Source: Curvularia clavata (Eukaryota). From it: a DNA stretch of 64,000 nt. The notes beneath the pieces were generated by a model. It made no database searches and was not told where the DNA came from. It was given only the letters and a program-made list of their open reading frames with translations. Positions within the stretch are counted from its first letter, which is position 1, and each line of letters starts with the position of its first letter. Where the stretch lies: the NCBI GenBank assembly GCA_023920165.1, contig CP089280.1, positions 744,001 to 808,000 on the forward strand, written 5' to 3'. Below, piece after piece: positions 46,384 to 58,200 of the stretch. The translations under genes and the position numbers were made by a program.

Positions 46384-47046
46384 AGTGGGGGTTTGTATAG
46401 CGGCAGAGGCCGCAAAGACTATGTACAATACCAGATGGTAGAAAAGAATAGAGGGGCGCGAGCGATTGCAAGAGGCGTGGCGGCGAGAGGCCAGTGGGCG
46501 TTGACGTTGAGGTTCTCTAGAAAGAGGAAGAATAGGCCAGTGCGCATCGATCGCCGACTCGTGGACCCTTGCATGACATCGTCCTCCACGCTGCCCCGTG
46601 GCTTGACACCTGGCGTTCCCACACGTTCTTGGCAGCATAGTCGGTCATTTGATTGTCTTTGCTCTATGCAATATGCTCGTGTAAGAAGAGCCTCTCTGCC
46701 TCAAGCTCTCATCTATAGAAGCAGCGCGGGGTGAAGATGTGCCTTGGTGAGGCCTCTGCGGCGGACGGCGAAGTCGGCGGGGGCGTCTTCTTCCAAAACA
46801 TGGTCATGTATCATAGAGAGACTATTTGGCGATGCAGGAGAGATATCCAATATCTACTGTACAACCGCGCGAACTTGCAATGTAGACAACAATTGCTAGG
46901 TCTATCAAGTGCTTCAAGATGACGCTGGAGCTCCGGGCACATGCAGTACACCTCGGTTGGCGGGGTTAAGGAACTACGCCCATGACTGCGCCGGAGCACC
47001 GCAAAGAGTTCAGATACGTTGCCAACCTTTACTCTAATAGACAATC

Positions 47047-47860
47047 ATGGCATCACCAAAATGGAAGAAGCTGTATGAATATGCAGCATGCGATGTACGC
47101 CTATCCTATCTACGTTCATACTCGTAACTTAACTCGCATAGCTCGCGGATGGTCTGCTCAAGCTCCACGTTCCCGGCGCAGGCTTTCTCGCCGACATCAG
47201 TACAAACCTGCCTCTAATTATATAGACTACGAGTGCTCTAACTGGTGCACAGAGCCACTACTCCATACAGCCAGTATCCCCAAGCCGGAACCGAGAAAGG
47301 TCCTTGCGCCAGCATCGACCTTCCTCATGGTTCCTAAAGCCACCAAGTCTTTCCCAACCCCACCACAGATGCCGAGCAAGGTACCCGCCTCCAATCTCTC
47401 AGACTCGAGGCCCTATGCAGATTATACCGAGAATGGTACCATTGTTGTCATAAGCCAGCCTCAGGGCCAGAGCTGTGCTGTTGTTGGGGGCATAATGGCG
47501 GCTCGTATGCAGCATCTTGGAGCCGAGGGAATTGTCGTCGACGGGCGGGTAAGGGACATCAGCGCTCTGAACCAGACAAAGTTGCCCATCTGGTCCCGGG
47601 CGACGTCTGTGATCGGAGCGGGGGCGGAGACAAAGTTTCATGCGCACAATGTCCCCGTGAAGATTGGCGAGACAGTGGTCGAGGCTGGCGACATCATCAT
47701 GATAGATCCGTTCGAGAATGGGGTGGTTGCGGTACCACAGGGAAAGGTGGACGAGCTGCTTGAGCTGCTGCCGAAGCTGGTTGAGGCGGACGAAAAGGTT
47801 ACTGCAGATGTCGGGAATGGGGTTAGTGTAGAAGAGGCCTTCAAAAGGCACCGGAGTTAG
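47047..47860 (+). CDS. RraA-like / HMG-aldolase family protein; exons 47047-47094, 47142-47199, 47253-47860
   Basis: Spliced start MASPKWKKLYEYAACD-LADGLLKL, then AVVGGIMAARM, GIVVDGRVRDI and GDIIMID...GVVAVP. The second donor (GTACAA) is weaker. Confidence 0.88.
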
Positions 47861-48127
47861 TCGCTATCAATGAGGATTCCATAGCTTTCCAGCTGAAGAC
47901 CCCAAGGCCACTCAAGGAGCATTATGGCAGCATGATGCGAGAAGCCACTGAGAGGGCTCGCAATCAGATGACGCCCGCTAACCCCAAAGATGGGGTCCGT
48001 GCACTGTCCATTTTCGCGATCCCGGGTTGAGAACAACGATTCAAGCTCTTGTCAATTCATCACCTCTAACCCTCCGCACCACCCGCATCCCAACTCGAGG
48101 ACCCCCAATTGCCCCGGAGCATTCACA

Positions 48128-48814
48128 ATGGGTATCACCGACTTCTTCACCGATGTCTGGGAGACCTTCTCCCACCCCTCGGCCGACGCCGAGCACCCCG
48201 TCCAAGGTGGCACCAGCACCAAGTCGCCCGCTTCCGGCACCGACGAGGAGAGCGGCGAGGAGGCCGATGTCAACAAGCAGGACGCAAAGTCGGGTGGCGA
48301 CTCGGGGGAGCAGGGACACAAGCCCTCTGAGGAGCCTGAGGAGGAGGAGGAAGAAGAGGAGGAGGAGCAGGACCCAAAGGATGTGCTTGAGAAGGGTGAG
48401 TGATTCTGGGCACACAGAACAGGTTGCAGAATGCGAGGAGAATGTACCGTTCTCCAGAATCTATCTGGATTGAATGCTCGAGGATGGGCATTTACGGCAT
48501 TCGACTCAGACCCAATGCATTACTCGACCGGATCCAGACAAAGACGCATGGCTAACCATTCATCACAGAATGCGCTGAATCCAAGGAATGCCACGGCCCC
48601 AAGCACCACTACGATGAGTGTGCCCAACGAGTAACAGGCCAGATTGAGAGCACAGGCAAGGCCGAGGAGGACTGCGTCGAGGAGTGTACGTCACCATCCA
48701 AGCACCAGCTTCTACTTCCCCTCGGCAACAAGCTAACACATCTTCCCAGTCTTCCATCTTGCTCACTGCGCAACCCAATGCGCTGCCCCCAAGCTCTTTG
48801 CTCAGCTCAAGTAA
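48128..48814 (+). CDS. QCR6: Cytochrome bc1 complex hinge protein (subunit 6); exons 48128-48395, 48569-48685, 48750-48814
   Basis: Acidic run, then DPKDVLEKECAESKEC...HHYDECAQRV...EDCVEEFFHLAHCATQCAAPKLFAQLK*. Canonical introns with GCTAAC branch sites. Confidence 0.95.
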
Positions 48815-49316
48815 ACAACCGATCTACCCTCTCACTTTTCCTGTACCAGCGTATAGATAGTGGCATCGTTAGGGTCAGCTATTCGGATTGCGTGCAAACG
48901 ATCAAGACCGTTATGGATGACTGTAAATACCAGAGTCATGTTTAGAAATATCACTGTACTTCTACCTCTCCTTTGAGCCTGAACTTCACGCACTGAATTG
49001 CTTGCAAAAGAAGCTCAAGTGATGTCAAGTATGGATGGCCCAATCTCATCACAAATCCATACTGTCTATGTGGCTGTAGACCTGGTATACCGACAAGTAC
49101 GAGAATGCAAGAATTGGAGCATGATAAATCCGATCCTTGAACTCCTCAATAGTCCCAAGGAATCTACAGACACATCACGGGTTTCGTGGCACGAGACTGG
49201 AAGAGATGAAACTTTCATGAAGACATTGACGCATTTCAAAGTACATAATCATCACGATGGAGAATGCGATCTGAATTCTCCGCTCCCTCATATCATGACA
49301 TCTCCGCTTCAATTCC

Positions 49317-51177
49317 TTACGCACGCTCGCCCACCACCACCCCCTCGTCTTGCTCATCCTCCTCATCTCTCGTCAACCTCGCACGTTTCGTCTCAAGCCC
49401 GAGCCTCTTGATACCCAACGCAAGCGGCAGCGGCAAGATAGCCAGCGCAATCACCGCCTGAAAAACAAGTGAATAGTACATGTTTCCTGGGGGCATCGTA
49501 TCGCCACCCGACTCGACGCCCCTCCCTCTTTCCCGCACGAGATCCAAATCCACAGGCCGCGAGTCCTTCAGCGCATCCATGATGACAATGAAGACGGCGC
49601 CCAGGATCTGTCCACTAACCCAGCAGATGGTAGAGCTGACCTCGGGACTAGCAGGAAAGGTGATTTCCACTAGGAACTCGAGGGCGACGGGGAGTAGGGA
49701 GAAGGACGAGGCGCCAAGTATGGCGCTGATGACGTAGGGTGCGGCAATTGTGCGTGTTTGTGGCGCCCAGATCATGGCGAGATAGGACAGGCCTAGTAGC
49801 GGACACAGGATCTTGATGCCGGTGAGGTAGGCATGTGTGCGGTCGATGATGGGGCTGATGATGGCGCAGGCGACGAGGCCAGTGAGGATGAGAACAGCGC
49901 CGCAGATTCCAGCTTCGTCTTCAGAGTAGCCGTAGGGATAGAGGATTTGGTTGAGCAGACTGGAGAGGGAGTTGAAGAGGCCGACGTAGACGCCGAAGGT
50001 GATGAAAACTATGTAGAAGGTGGGGGTGCGCAGCATGACGCGGATGGACTTGAGGATTGGTGCTTTGGCTACGGTGTAGGAGGCCGTTGGTGGTGTTGGG
50101 GGCGCTGCAGGAATGAAGACTGATGGGACGCAGGCTACGGAGGCGATGATGGATATGATCAGGACTGTGGTAGGCACAGAGCCGAAGAATGGGTTTACGA
50201 GTGATGCGACCTGGTTGCTTGGTTAGCAATTGTTGTTGTTTTTAGTCATACGTCAAGATGGTAAGAATACAAAAAAAAGGTAGGACGACGGGTAGAACTT
50301 ACAGCACCACCAAGGGGATTCGCCATGCTTGCTACCGCCGTTGCTCCAATGCGCCCCCTCTCGGTAAACCACATGTCGCTGTACCTCGTCGGTGCCGCCA
50401 GCACAAAAGGTTGCGCCAGTCCCGTCAGAATCTGGCCAAACATGACAACCCCAAACATTCCTCCATTTGCTACCGTACCTGCATATCGGACCCAGTTCCC
50501 TGCTAGGAGTAGGACGGAAGCAGCAATGATAGACGGTTTAGGTCCCCGGTGCAAGACGTAGATGACCAGAGGAGAAGAGACGGCAAAGGAGAGGAGGAAG
50601 CCAGTGGAAAGCCAGTTGATGGTTGACTCAGGCACATCGAAGTAGAGTGCTGAGTCAGTGGAGATGGGCGCAAATGTTAACCACTGTATTTGGTGTCAGT
50701 TCACTTGCATGTACGGGATAGTCGGATTCAGTGCCGCCTTTTCCAGACAATAGAGCCAAAAAGCACTAGGGGCAGCGCTGGTTGTTAAGCCTTAAGGTCA
50801 TAAGAACCCGATGCGAGGTATCTCTCGATCTTGGACACTTTGTAGAAACGGTGACGGAAGAGAGAGGAGCTTGGTCAACTTACATCCCAACTGACGGCGA
50901 TATTCAGTAGTACCAGCTGCGCCAGCCCGAACCATCGCCTCTTGTACACTTTGAAATGTCCATGGTGAGAACTCCGTCTCCTGCGACGAATTTTAAAGGT
51001 CTTGTGCCAGCGCCGGCGCGACTCGCCCTCTGGGTCCAAATCGATGACTTCGCCTCTTTCAAAGCCAGCTCTGTGATGGGCGCCAGATCCCGCAGTATCA
51101 TACTCGACGTCTTCCGCGAGGATGCCAATGTCCTTGTGCATCGTGTCGTAAGTGTGTGTGCGCGTGAGGTCGTCCAT
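49317..51177 (-). CDS. MFS transporter, FLVCR/SLC49-like; exons 51177-50884, 50683-50303, 50210-49317
   Basis: FKVYKRRWFGL, WLTFAPIS, GQILTGLAQPFVLAAPTRYSDMWF...R..ATA and EFLVEITFP, with many TM segments. GTAAGT..CAG introns keep frame. Start codon uncertain. Confidence 0.9.
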
Positions 51178-53477
51178 GGTGATCCACAATTGGCGGGGCG
51201 AGATACGTGCTCTCTTCCTGCGAGAGACTTGTTCTTCCAACCCCTGGTTCCTTTTGATGCCAATCTTCCAAGAAACGCTAGCAGCGATATCAGGGCAGGG
51301 TCCGCTGCTGGTAGCAAACGGCGATGTATCCGATTGCAAAATGCTGAGATGCAGGCGAGCAAGCCATGTTTATCCGTACTTTCCTTATCGGCACGCGCGT
51401 CAGTTTGTGTCTGAGTCCAATGATGCAAAACCCCTGCACCTTGTAGGGTACAATTCATGTTAGAGGTCGTGTGCTAATAATGGCCTCTACAACAAGGAAA
51501 AGGGCCGATTGGTTGCGACGGACCTGCGCCCACATTTGGCGCTAGCAGTCGAATAGTGTATCACAGAAAACCGCCAGGCGCCTCGCTCCGCCATTACCGA
51601 GATTGAGGGGAGGGCGCCTTATTGATGGCATTCGCTGGGTTTGCGTCCCAATCTTGCACGGGAATGCAGGAAGGACTGCGGGGTAAACTTTGATAGTCGC
51701 CGTATGCAGTTACTTGCCATACTGAACCGCGGATCTATCTCGGTTCAACTGTCGGTGCCACAAGTCGTGAACAGTTTGTCCACTTGAGCATGATCATGAT
51801 GGGATTGTTATTCAAGCCGGTGTGATGCGAGCTTGTGCAATCGAGTAGCAACTCCCAGAACTCGCCTGCACCGCATGAAGGTGGGAAGCAGAGTGTCACA
51901 AACAAGGGGTTCTTTGCTCATGAAATACGTCGCACTCCATCATCACAAAACCGGAGTACGGAAACCTTGGCAAGCCGACTACGGTCTTCACTTCTGGGAA
52001 CTCTAACAAGCCTCCTTCGTACCTTATCGGACCTGAGTACAGCCCAAGCCTTTCAGCTTCATTCTTTCGCTTTTTTTTCAAATCTTCTCAGAGCCAGAAG
52101 GCCCAAGTATTTCACACAAGCATTTTGCTCCTCTACTTTATTCATCACAGCCACGAAAACATGTGGCATCTGAATCGCTCTGTTCAGTTACTAAACAGCA
52201 ACAGCACTTTCCAAGGATATTGACTAGGATGGAAGCTATAGCGATCTTAGTCTGTCACCGGACTATCTTTCGCAAACTCTTCCAATTCAGCATCATTCGG
52301 GCTCATCTTCCCCGCAAAACTTAAACTGCCGTCATTCGGGTCGTCCGATGTCACGCTAACCCACTCTTTGTCTAGCGCCGTCGACTGTCCCAGGTCTGAC
52401 AAGCTTCCATCCTTGGGTTTTGAGCTTGATCAGATGTTAAACTGACGTACGCATACCCTCGTTTTGATACCGAGGATCTTGCAAAGTCTCCACTCATCAG
52501 TTGTCGCAATCGGTGTTTTGGCTTCAGTTTTCGTCCGCGGAACATGCTGGAAATGACGAAATGCCGAATGATGTTGAGCAAGAGACCAGAATATCCGCAT
52601 GCGCGTTGGTTCGGCCGAGTAGTGCAGTAGCACACTGACGTCGCTGTGTTTGAGATAGAAATGATTGCCTCTGATGTTCATGCATGAAATTGTTCAATAG
52701 ACGACTTGTCTGGTTGGATTGAATAAGTTGGCACACTGGCTAATACTCGAACGCTACCTAGAGGTATCCAGGCAGACAATTCGTATTGTGGAGTTAAGTT
52801 TTGTCCTGACTTTTGCAGCTGCTAGTTCAGCACAGTACCGGACCATTTTATCAATAATTATCATGTGATGGCACAACTTATCGTAAGGACCAAAGTCCTT
52901 GTACAAATCCATTGCTCGATGCTAGTAATTATTCTGGCTACCACGTGCTGCATATATTGATAAGTTCATATAAATTCTAGCTCTGGCTAATCATAACCTG
53001 TGTCAGAGATCAGATTCGCTGACAATCAGACTTGCCAAACAATCAAGCAGGATTGAATCGATTGCTAGCAACTCTGTTAGAGATGCTTAGAACTATCACC
53101 CAGATCTTTTGCCTAGCTCAGATGCATTCGAACTCATTGCATATCATCACTGGCTGATATCAATTTCGTCTCCTGCATTGGCTGCGCAATATGCAATTTC
53201 TAGCATGGAGGATTAACGGCTGATAGCTAATGCCATAAGTCGATGCAAGGAACAACTCGTACCAAGATTCCACTCTTTGTTCAAACTACATAGAATATGA
53301 GAGTTCATGTTACAGCTACATAAAAAATAACGCACACGCACTGTCTGGATCAGACGTGAGCACAAAGAATCGGCTTGAGGATTTGAAATTTGAATTCGCT
53401 CATGACAAGTAAGAGGTGATAGTCTAATCGCAAAAGGACACAAAAAATACTAGAATGTCATTCTAAGCCACCATCCT

Positions 53478-54968
53478 TCACGCCCCATGTGGCGTAAAGA
53501 TCAAATCACATCGATCATGCCTCGACCGATACCCGTTGGCCTCAAACGGCTCCATAGCTTGGGGCGTGGTCTCAGGCGCCAACGTAATCTTGAACGCCCG
53601 AATTGTCGCTACAAGAATAAGGCGCATCTGGTACGTCGCCATGTTGCCTCCAGGACATCTTCTCGCGCCGACGCCAAACGGCACTACAAGACGTCTTCTC
53701 TCAGCACTGTACTCGTCGTCTTCGTCCATCCAGCGAAGTGGGTTGTACGAGTCAAAGTCTGGGAAGAGATCGGGTCGCTGACGGCTCATAGAGAGTGACT
53801 GAGTTGTTAAGACTGTGCCGGCTGGAAGGTAGTAACCCAGTACGTTCAGTCCGCCCTTGGGCACCATGCGACTTCCAGTCAGAGCGACGGGAGGTCGAAA
53901 GCGAAGTCCTTCTTTGATACAAGCGTCGAGCAACTTCAGTGAATCCAATTCCTCGTAACCCTCATGTGCGATAACTTCCTTATAGAGCTGCTTTTGCAGT
54001 TGCTGGTTCTTAGCTAGCTCGTAATAGATAAACGCCAATGCCGAAGATGTCGTCTCTGTAGCCGCGAGAACTTGACCTGCCATTTCAGCGCCAAGTTCCG
54101 GACTCGTCCACGACTGTGTGGGGTACTTTGCGCTCTCATCCGTGAACAGTCCGTGCACGTTGGTGTCTTGGTTGGATTCAGATTGCGTTTTGGCGGCTTG
54201 GAGACAAAGATTTGAGCCGAGCTCAAACAGCTTGTCGCTGGATTGTACGCGGAAGCGGGCGTGTGGGAAGATGGGGACGTATTGGAGCCACTCGAAGAGC
54301 CAGGAGGGCAGGCAAAGGCGCCAGACCACGAGGAAGTTGTACTCGCCGACTACGCGAGGGAAGTCACTGGCGTCGAGGTCGACGTCTGAGCCGCCCATGA
54401 TGATTTGAGAGTTCTTGAGGGTGCAAATGCGGAGGTGGTGGACGATGTCTTCGGACTTTTTACCGTCCGAGGCTCCAAGATCCTGCACCATGCGTTCGAT
54501 GATGTTGACAAAGGTGTTGTGTGATGCCTTGAGGTTCTTAGTCGTAGTGGCAATCATGACTGGATGTCTTCGTTGCCGCGCGATGTCGTGTTGGGGGTAT
54601 GTGACGGTCCAGTCATGGCCGCCGACCCGCAGAGCGCGGATCGACGTGGGCGATGTATCCAGGTCTTTCCTAATGAAGACTTTCTCCACGGCCTCGGGAT
54701 CGTTCAGAATTACTAGATTTGGAGCGATTCTAACGATTGGACCGTATCTCGTCATGAGCTTGTCAGCTTCTAGGGAGAGCCGACCGTGCCATCTCTGCCA
54801 CCGGATCCAGAGAGATGTGGCTGAACTTATCCAGGGCCCAGGTACCCTTCGTAGGGTATGTATATTGGCGTAGTAGATCATCTTTACCACCTGGTAAATG
54901 ACGAGAGCAACTGATACTGCCAGGAATGTGTTCCCTGGAGACACATTGCGGATGATGGTGTCCAACAT
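53478..54968 (-). CDS. Cytochrome P450, 496 aa, intronless
   Basis: N-terminal anchor, LRRVPGP, YGPIVRIAPN, I-helix AATETT, K-helix EGLR, heme motif FGVGARRCPG. First ATG is at 54968; the track start is TTG. Confidence 0.94.
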   Translation of the reverse strand: MLDTIIRNVSPGNTFLAVSVALVIYQVVKMIYYANIHTLRRVPGPWISSATSLWIRWQRWHGRLSLEADKLMTRYGPIVRIAPNLVILNDPEAVEKVFIRKDLDTSPTSIRALRVGGHDWTVTYPQHDIARQRRHPVMIATTTKNLKASHNTFVNIIERMVQDLGASDGKKSEDIVHHLRICTLKNSQIIMGGSDVDLDASDFPRVVGEYNFLVVWRLCLPSWLFEWLQYVPIFPHARFRVQSSDKLFELGSNLCLQAAKTQSESNQDTNVHGLFTDESAKYPTQSWTSPELGAEMAGQVLAATETTSSALAFIYYELAKNQQLQKQLYKEVIAHEGYEELDSLKLLDACIKEGLRFRPPVALTGSRMVPKGGLNVLGYYLPAGTVLTTQSLSMSRQRPDLFPDFDSYNPLRWMDEDDEYSAERRRLVVPFGVGARRCPGGNMATYQMRLILVATIRAFKITLAPETTPQAMEPFEANGYRSRHDRCDLIFTPHGA

Positions 54969-57900
54969 CTTGGAGTGAGGAAATGATGTATCGCCAAGGC
55001 GACGTGAGTGAGTTAAAATTTCAAGAAGAGAATTTGCTAAGTTGATTTGTCCAAGATATGCAGTGATACTCAAAGAAGAGAAAGGAGCAATCTATGACTT
55101 TACATTCCAGGAGATACTTATACCTCACAGACACAACGCCCCCTGGTATAGCCCCGTCTGAACTTGCCCTAGGTCTAACGGTTCAACCTGAATTTCCGTT
55201 GAAGTAGCGTAAATAGTGAGCTAGCACCCCGCTAGTTCTTACTGATCGCTGTCACAGTCGCCTTCCGTGCCGTTTCACTACCAAGAATCTAACCATCTGT
55301 GGCTATATCAAGCTGGACGGGCCGGTGCACGCTCCTTTCAGCAGCAAAACAGTGCTCAAGCGAGGTCAAACGATGCTTAAAGTTTGAAGAATATGAGCAA
55401 GGCCTTCGGCAAGGTGGAGAGTGTAGATAAGGCGCATTTATGCTCATGGGTATACAACAAACATGAGCGATCTCGGTTTTTCAGTTCAGGGTACTTGCGA
55501 TCACGCTGATTCCTGTAGCAAATCTTGCCATCTCAAGCTTGGCCTTCTCAGCATCTTGTAGTGGTGTAGGAGCAAGGTGTGCAAATTCATGTACAAGTCA
55601 GTGACATTTGCCACCCTTTCATTACGGGGGTCTCCACCATGGCTGAACTCGTGGCTCCGACAGGGAAGGCACTGTTGAGAACAGCCCTACGTCTCATCTC
55701 GGGAAAAAACGGTCGCGTCTTTTCCTTGTTTGTCGCTAGAGCGATTGCAGGGACATCATTTGGCAATCTTCACCAGATGTGGACAGTTCTGCGATATGTT
55801 TCCCAGGATGCAACTACCGTGATACTACGTAGACTGATTCTTCGCACAATATTGTGATAGACTCGCCGAAGCTCCAAAGGTGCTCTTGCATCCAATCGCT
55901 TGACAAAACTTGTTAGTTTTTCTTTTCTACATTTTACAGTTGACGGCTTAGCCCAGGGGCCTTGCTTGGCGTTTATGACTTCACTTGTCATAGCTGTATA
56001 TCTTATCCCATTCTGACAACAGCACGTCCATGTACGTGAGACAGCTTTTAAGTATCGACCACCAATCTGTTTTCGCTACAGAAGATTAATTTTGCACATT
56101 CGTTCTGCTACATACTATTTCAGAACCACGTGTCTTAGACCTGTAAAAAAAGTAGAGATCGATAAAGTTCGAACAAGGCGATGACATACAGGCCGATGGA
56201 AGCTGAATCGTAACTCTCATAATGTCCCTGCTAGATCGAGACCCATCTCAGGTACCTACTGTTGGGCTCCTTGTATGCAACTAGCTAAATCTAGCTTCGT
56301 TTGCCTTTTGGACTGGACCCTATGCTAAACTAAATGTAATCACTAAACTACATGAGGGTTAAAAAGAGTACAAAGTTCACTCAAAACAAAGCTTGCCAGG
56401 ACACATAACGACAGCGGCACCGGAAGAAGATCGGGCGGCACTTCGGTGCACGTTCGTGATCTGGTATTAGCTAGTTTCACAACAGCGCATGAGTCGCAAC
56501 AGTCGGAGACAACTCCGCTGAAGATGGGACGGAAAGACCAACCATATTTATCTCTACACTCCGACCACGGTGCGTCCTGATGCTCTACGGAACTCGCCGT
56601 TCAATTATATGCAACCAGCATCTACTCATGTTGCGTGTCAGAGCCAATATACTAAACAGGTAGGCAGAATGCATATACTGAAAATTTCTTAAGGGGAACG
56701 GGAAGCAATTGATGCCTGACCAACGAGAGTGGCAAATGAATAGAGGTATGGAATCTCTCCCAATAGAAATTATTGATTGAATGTTCTCGTCTCGAGGCTA
56801 TTGGACTCCAGCGCCGCACCCTCAATATACCACATAGCTGAGTTCTGAATATTACACTGACGCCAACTTGCACGGAAAACCATCCTGTCGAAGAACCAGA
56901 AACCTGTTTCAACGGAGGAAAGCAAGAATACCTGGAGGTATCATCCCAAAAAGGGTCTGGATTATTATACTTTCACTGCTTGTACGTGAGAATGGCGCGG
57001 AATGAGAAGCGCACACTGATCAATGACCGCTTTCTCGATTGTCAGTGCTCGTTCAAAATGATCAGCTGTCAGACTATGTGGAAACCCACAGATCTTTTTT
57101 TCTCCGTAAGCCTCATTCTCCTTATTTTGAACAAAAAACAGGGGGTTCTATGCGAGTCGTGCCAGAGCTTGAGCAAGACCCCTATAATCTCCATCTCCCG
57201 TCCTCGTCCTCTTGTATGGAAGCACCCCGTCACGCCCCGCCCCCTCAAAGGGCCACCGGTTCTCCCACCTGCAGTATAATAGAAGGAGGGTCCACGCTAC
57301 CGAAGCCCACCATAATCGCGGAATGTGGCGTCGATTCCGCGGCCCGACTCCGGGCGAGAGGGGGTAACAGAGTCCGCAACCCAATTATCAGATAAACAGG
57401 GTTAAGGTGGTGGCAATAGTGAGATAGCGACCCGATACCAGGAAATACGTCCCAATGTGGTGGCGCTTCCGCCGCACACAAGCAATGGTAACCCAGGCCA
57501 AGGCTAAAGCTCAGGCGAGATTCAACGAACTCACAAACATTTCTTCCAGCTTTATTTGACGATATACGAGGTAAGATACGAGATCGACCCAAGATCTGGA
57601 GTTTGTCCTATATATAGAAGGATCGTGGAGAATGTAAAGCAAATCATCTCTCGGTTGTAAAACAATTCCATTCGCCTGACATTAACAATGCAAAATTTAC
57701 GACCTGATGTCGGGATGTACTAACCTGCCTACATACGAAGTGAGGCATTGGGGTTTATCAGACTTTTCAAGTTCTTCGAGCAAAGCGTTGCCCGGAGTCA
57801 CTCGGTGTCGCCAAAGTCAGTAGCACTGAGCATTAAAAAAAAGTCGGCACGGTGGTGAAATAGATGCGACTACGAGGATGGCAGCTGTTACTTTCCACAG

Positions 57901-58200
57901 GGTTCTAGCGTATACAATGACACCCGCAACGACAGGATAGAAGTGAGGAAGAAGCGACAGAATCGAACAAAGCTAACGAATCCCAGATGGGAGATATCTT
58001 CCTTTCAAGTAGACGTAGCTAGACCATTCCACACCTCAATATTCAACGTGACAAACTCCAATAACATCACTTTTCCGTGTATCAACACACTGTTTCTCAC
58101 TCTATTATTCTCTACAAGGTAATCCTGTTCACTGCTATTCTTTACACTTCCTCTCCCACAACCCACATCTTCCCACTTTAATCATCCAAACCCAGCCCAA

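Noticed and set aside
46384..46471. ORF-track N-terminus of the 881-aa Yme1 ORF
   Set aside because: It starts at a non-ATG codon and reads the wrong frame through introns; the spliced model from ATG 46383 is more coherent.
55380..55991. Gene relic upstream of the P450
   Set aside because: Short open frames on both strands, but no protein family could be recognised.
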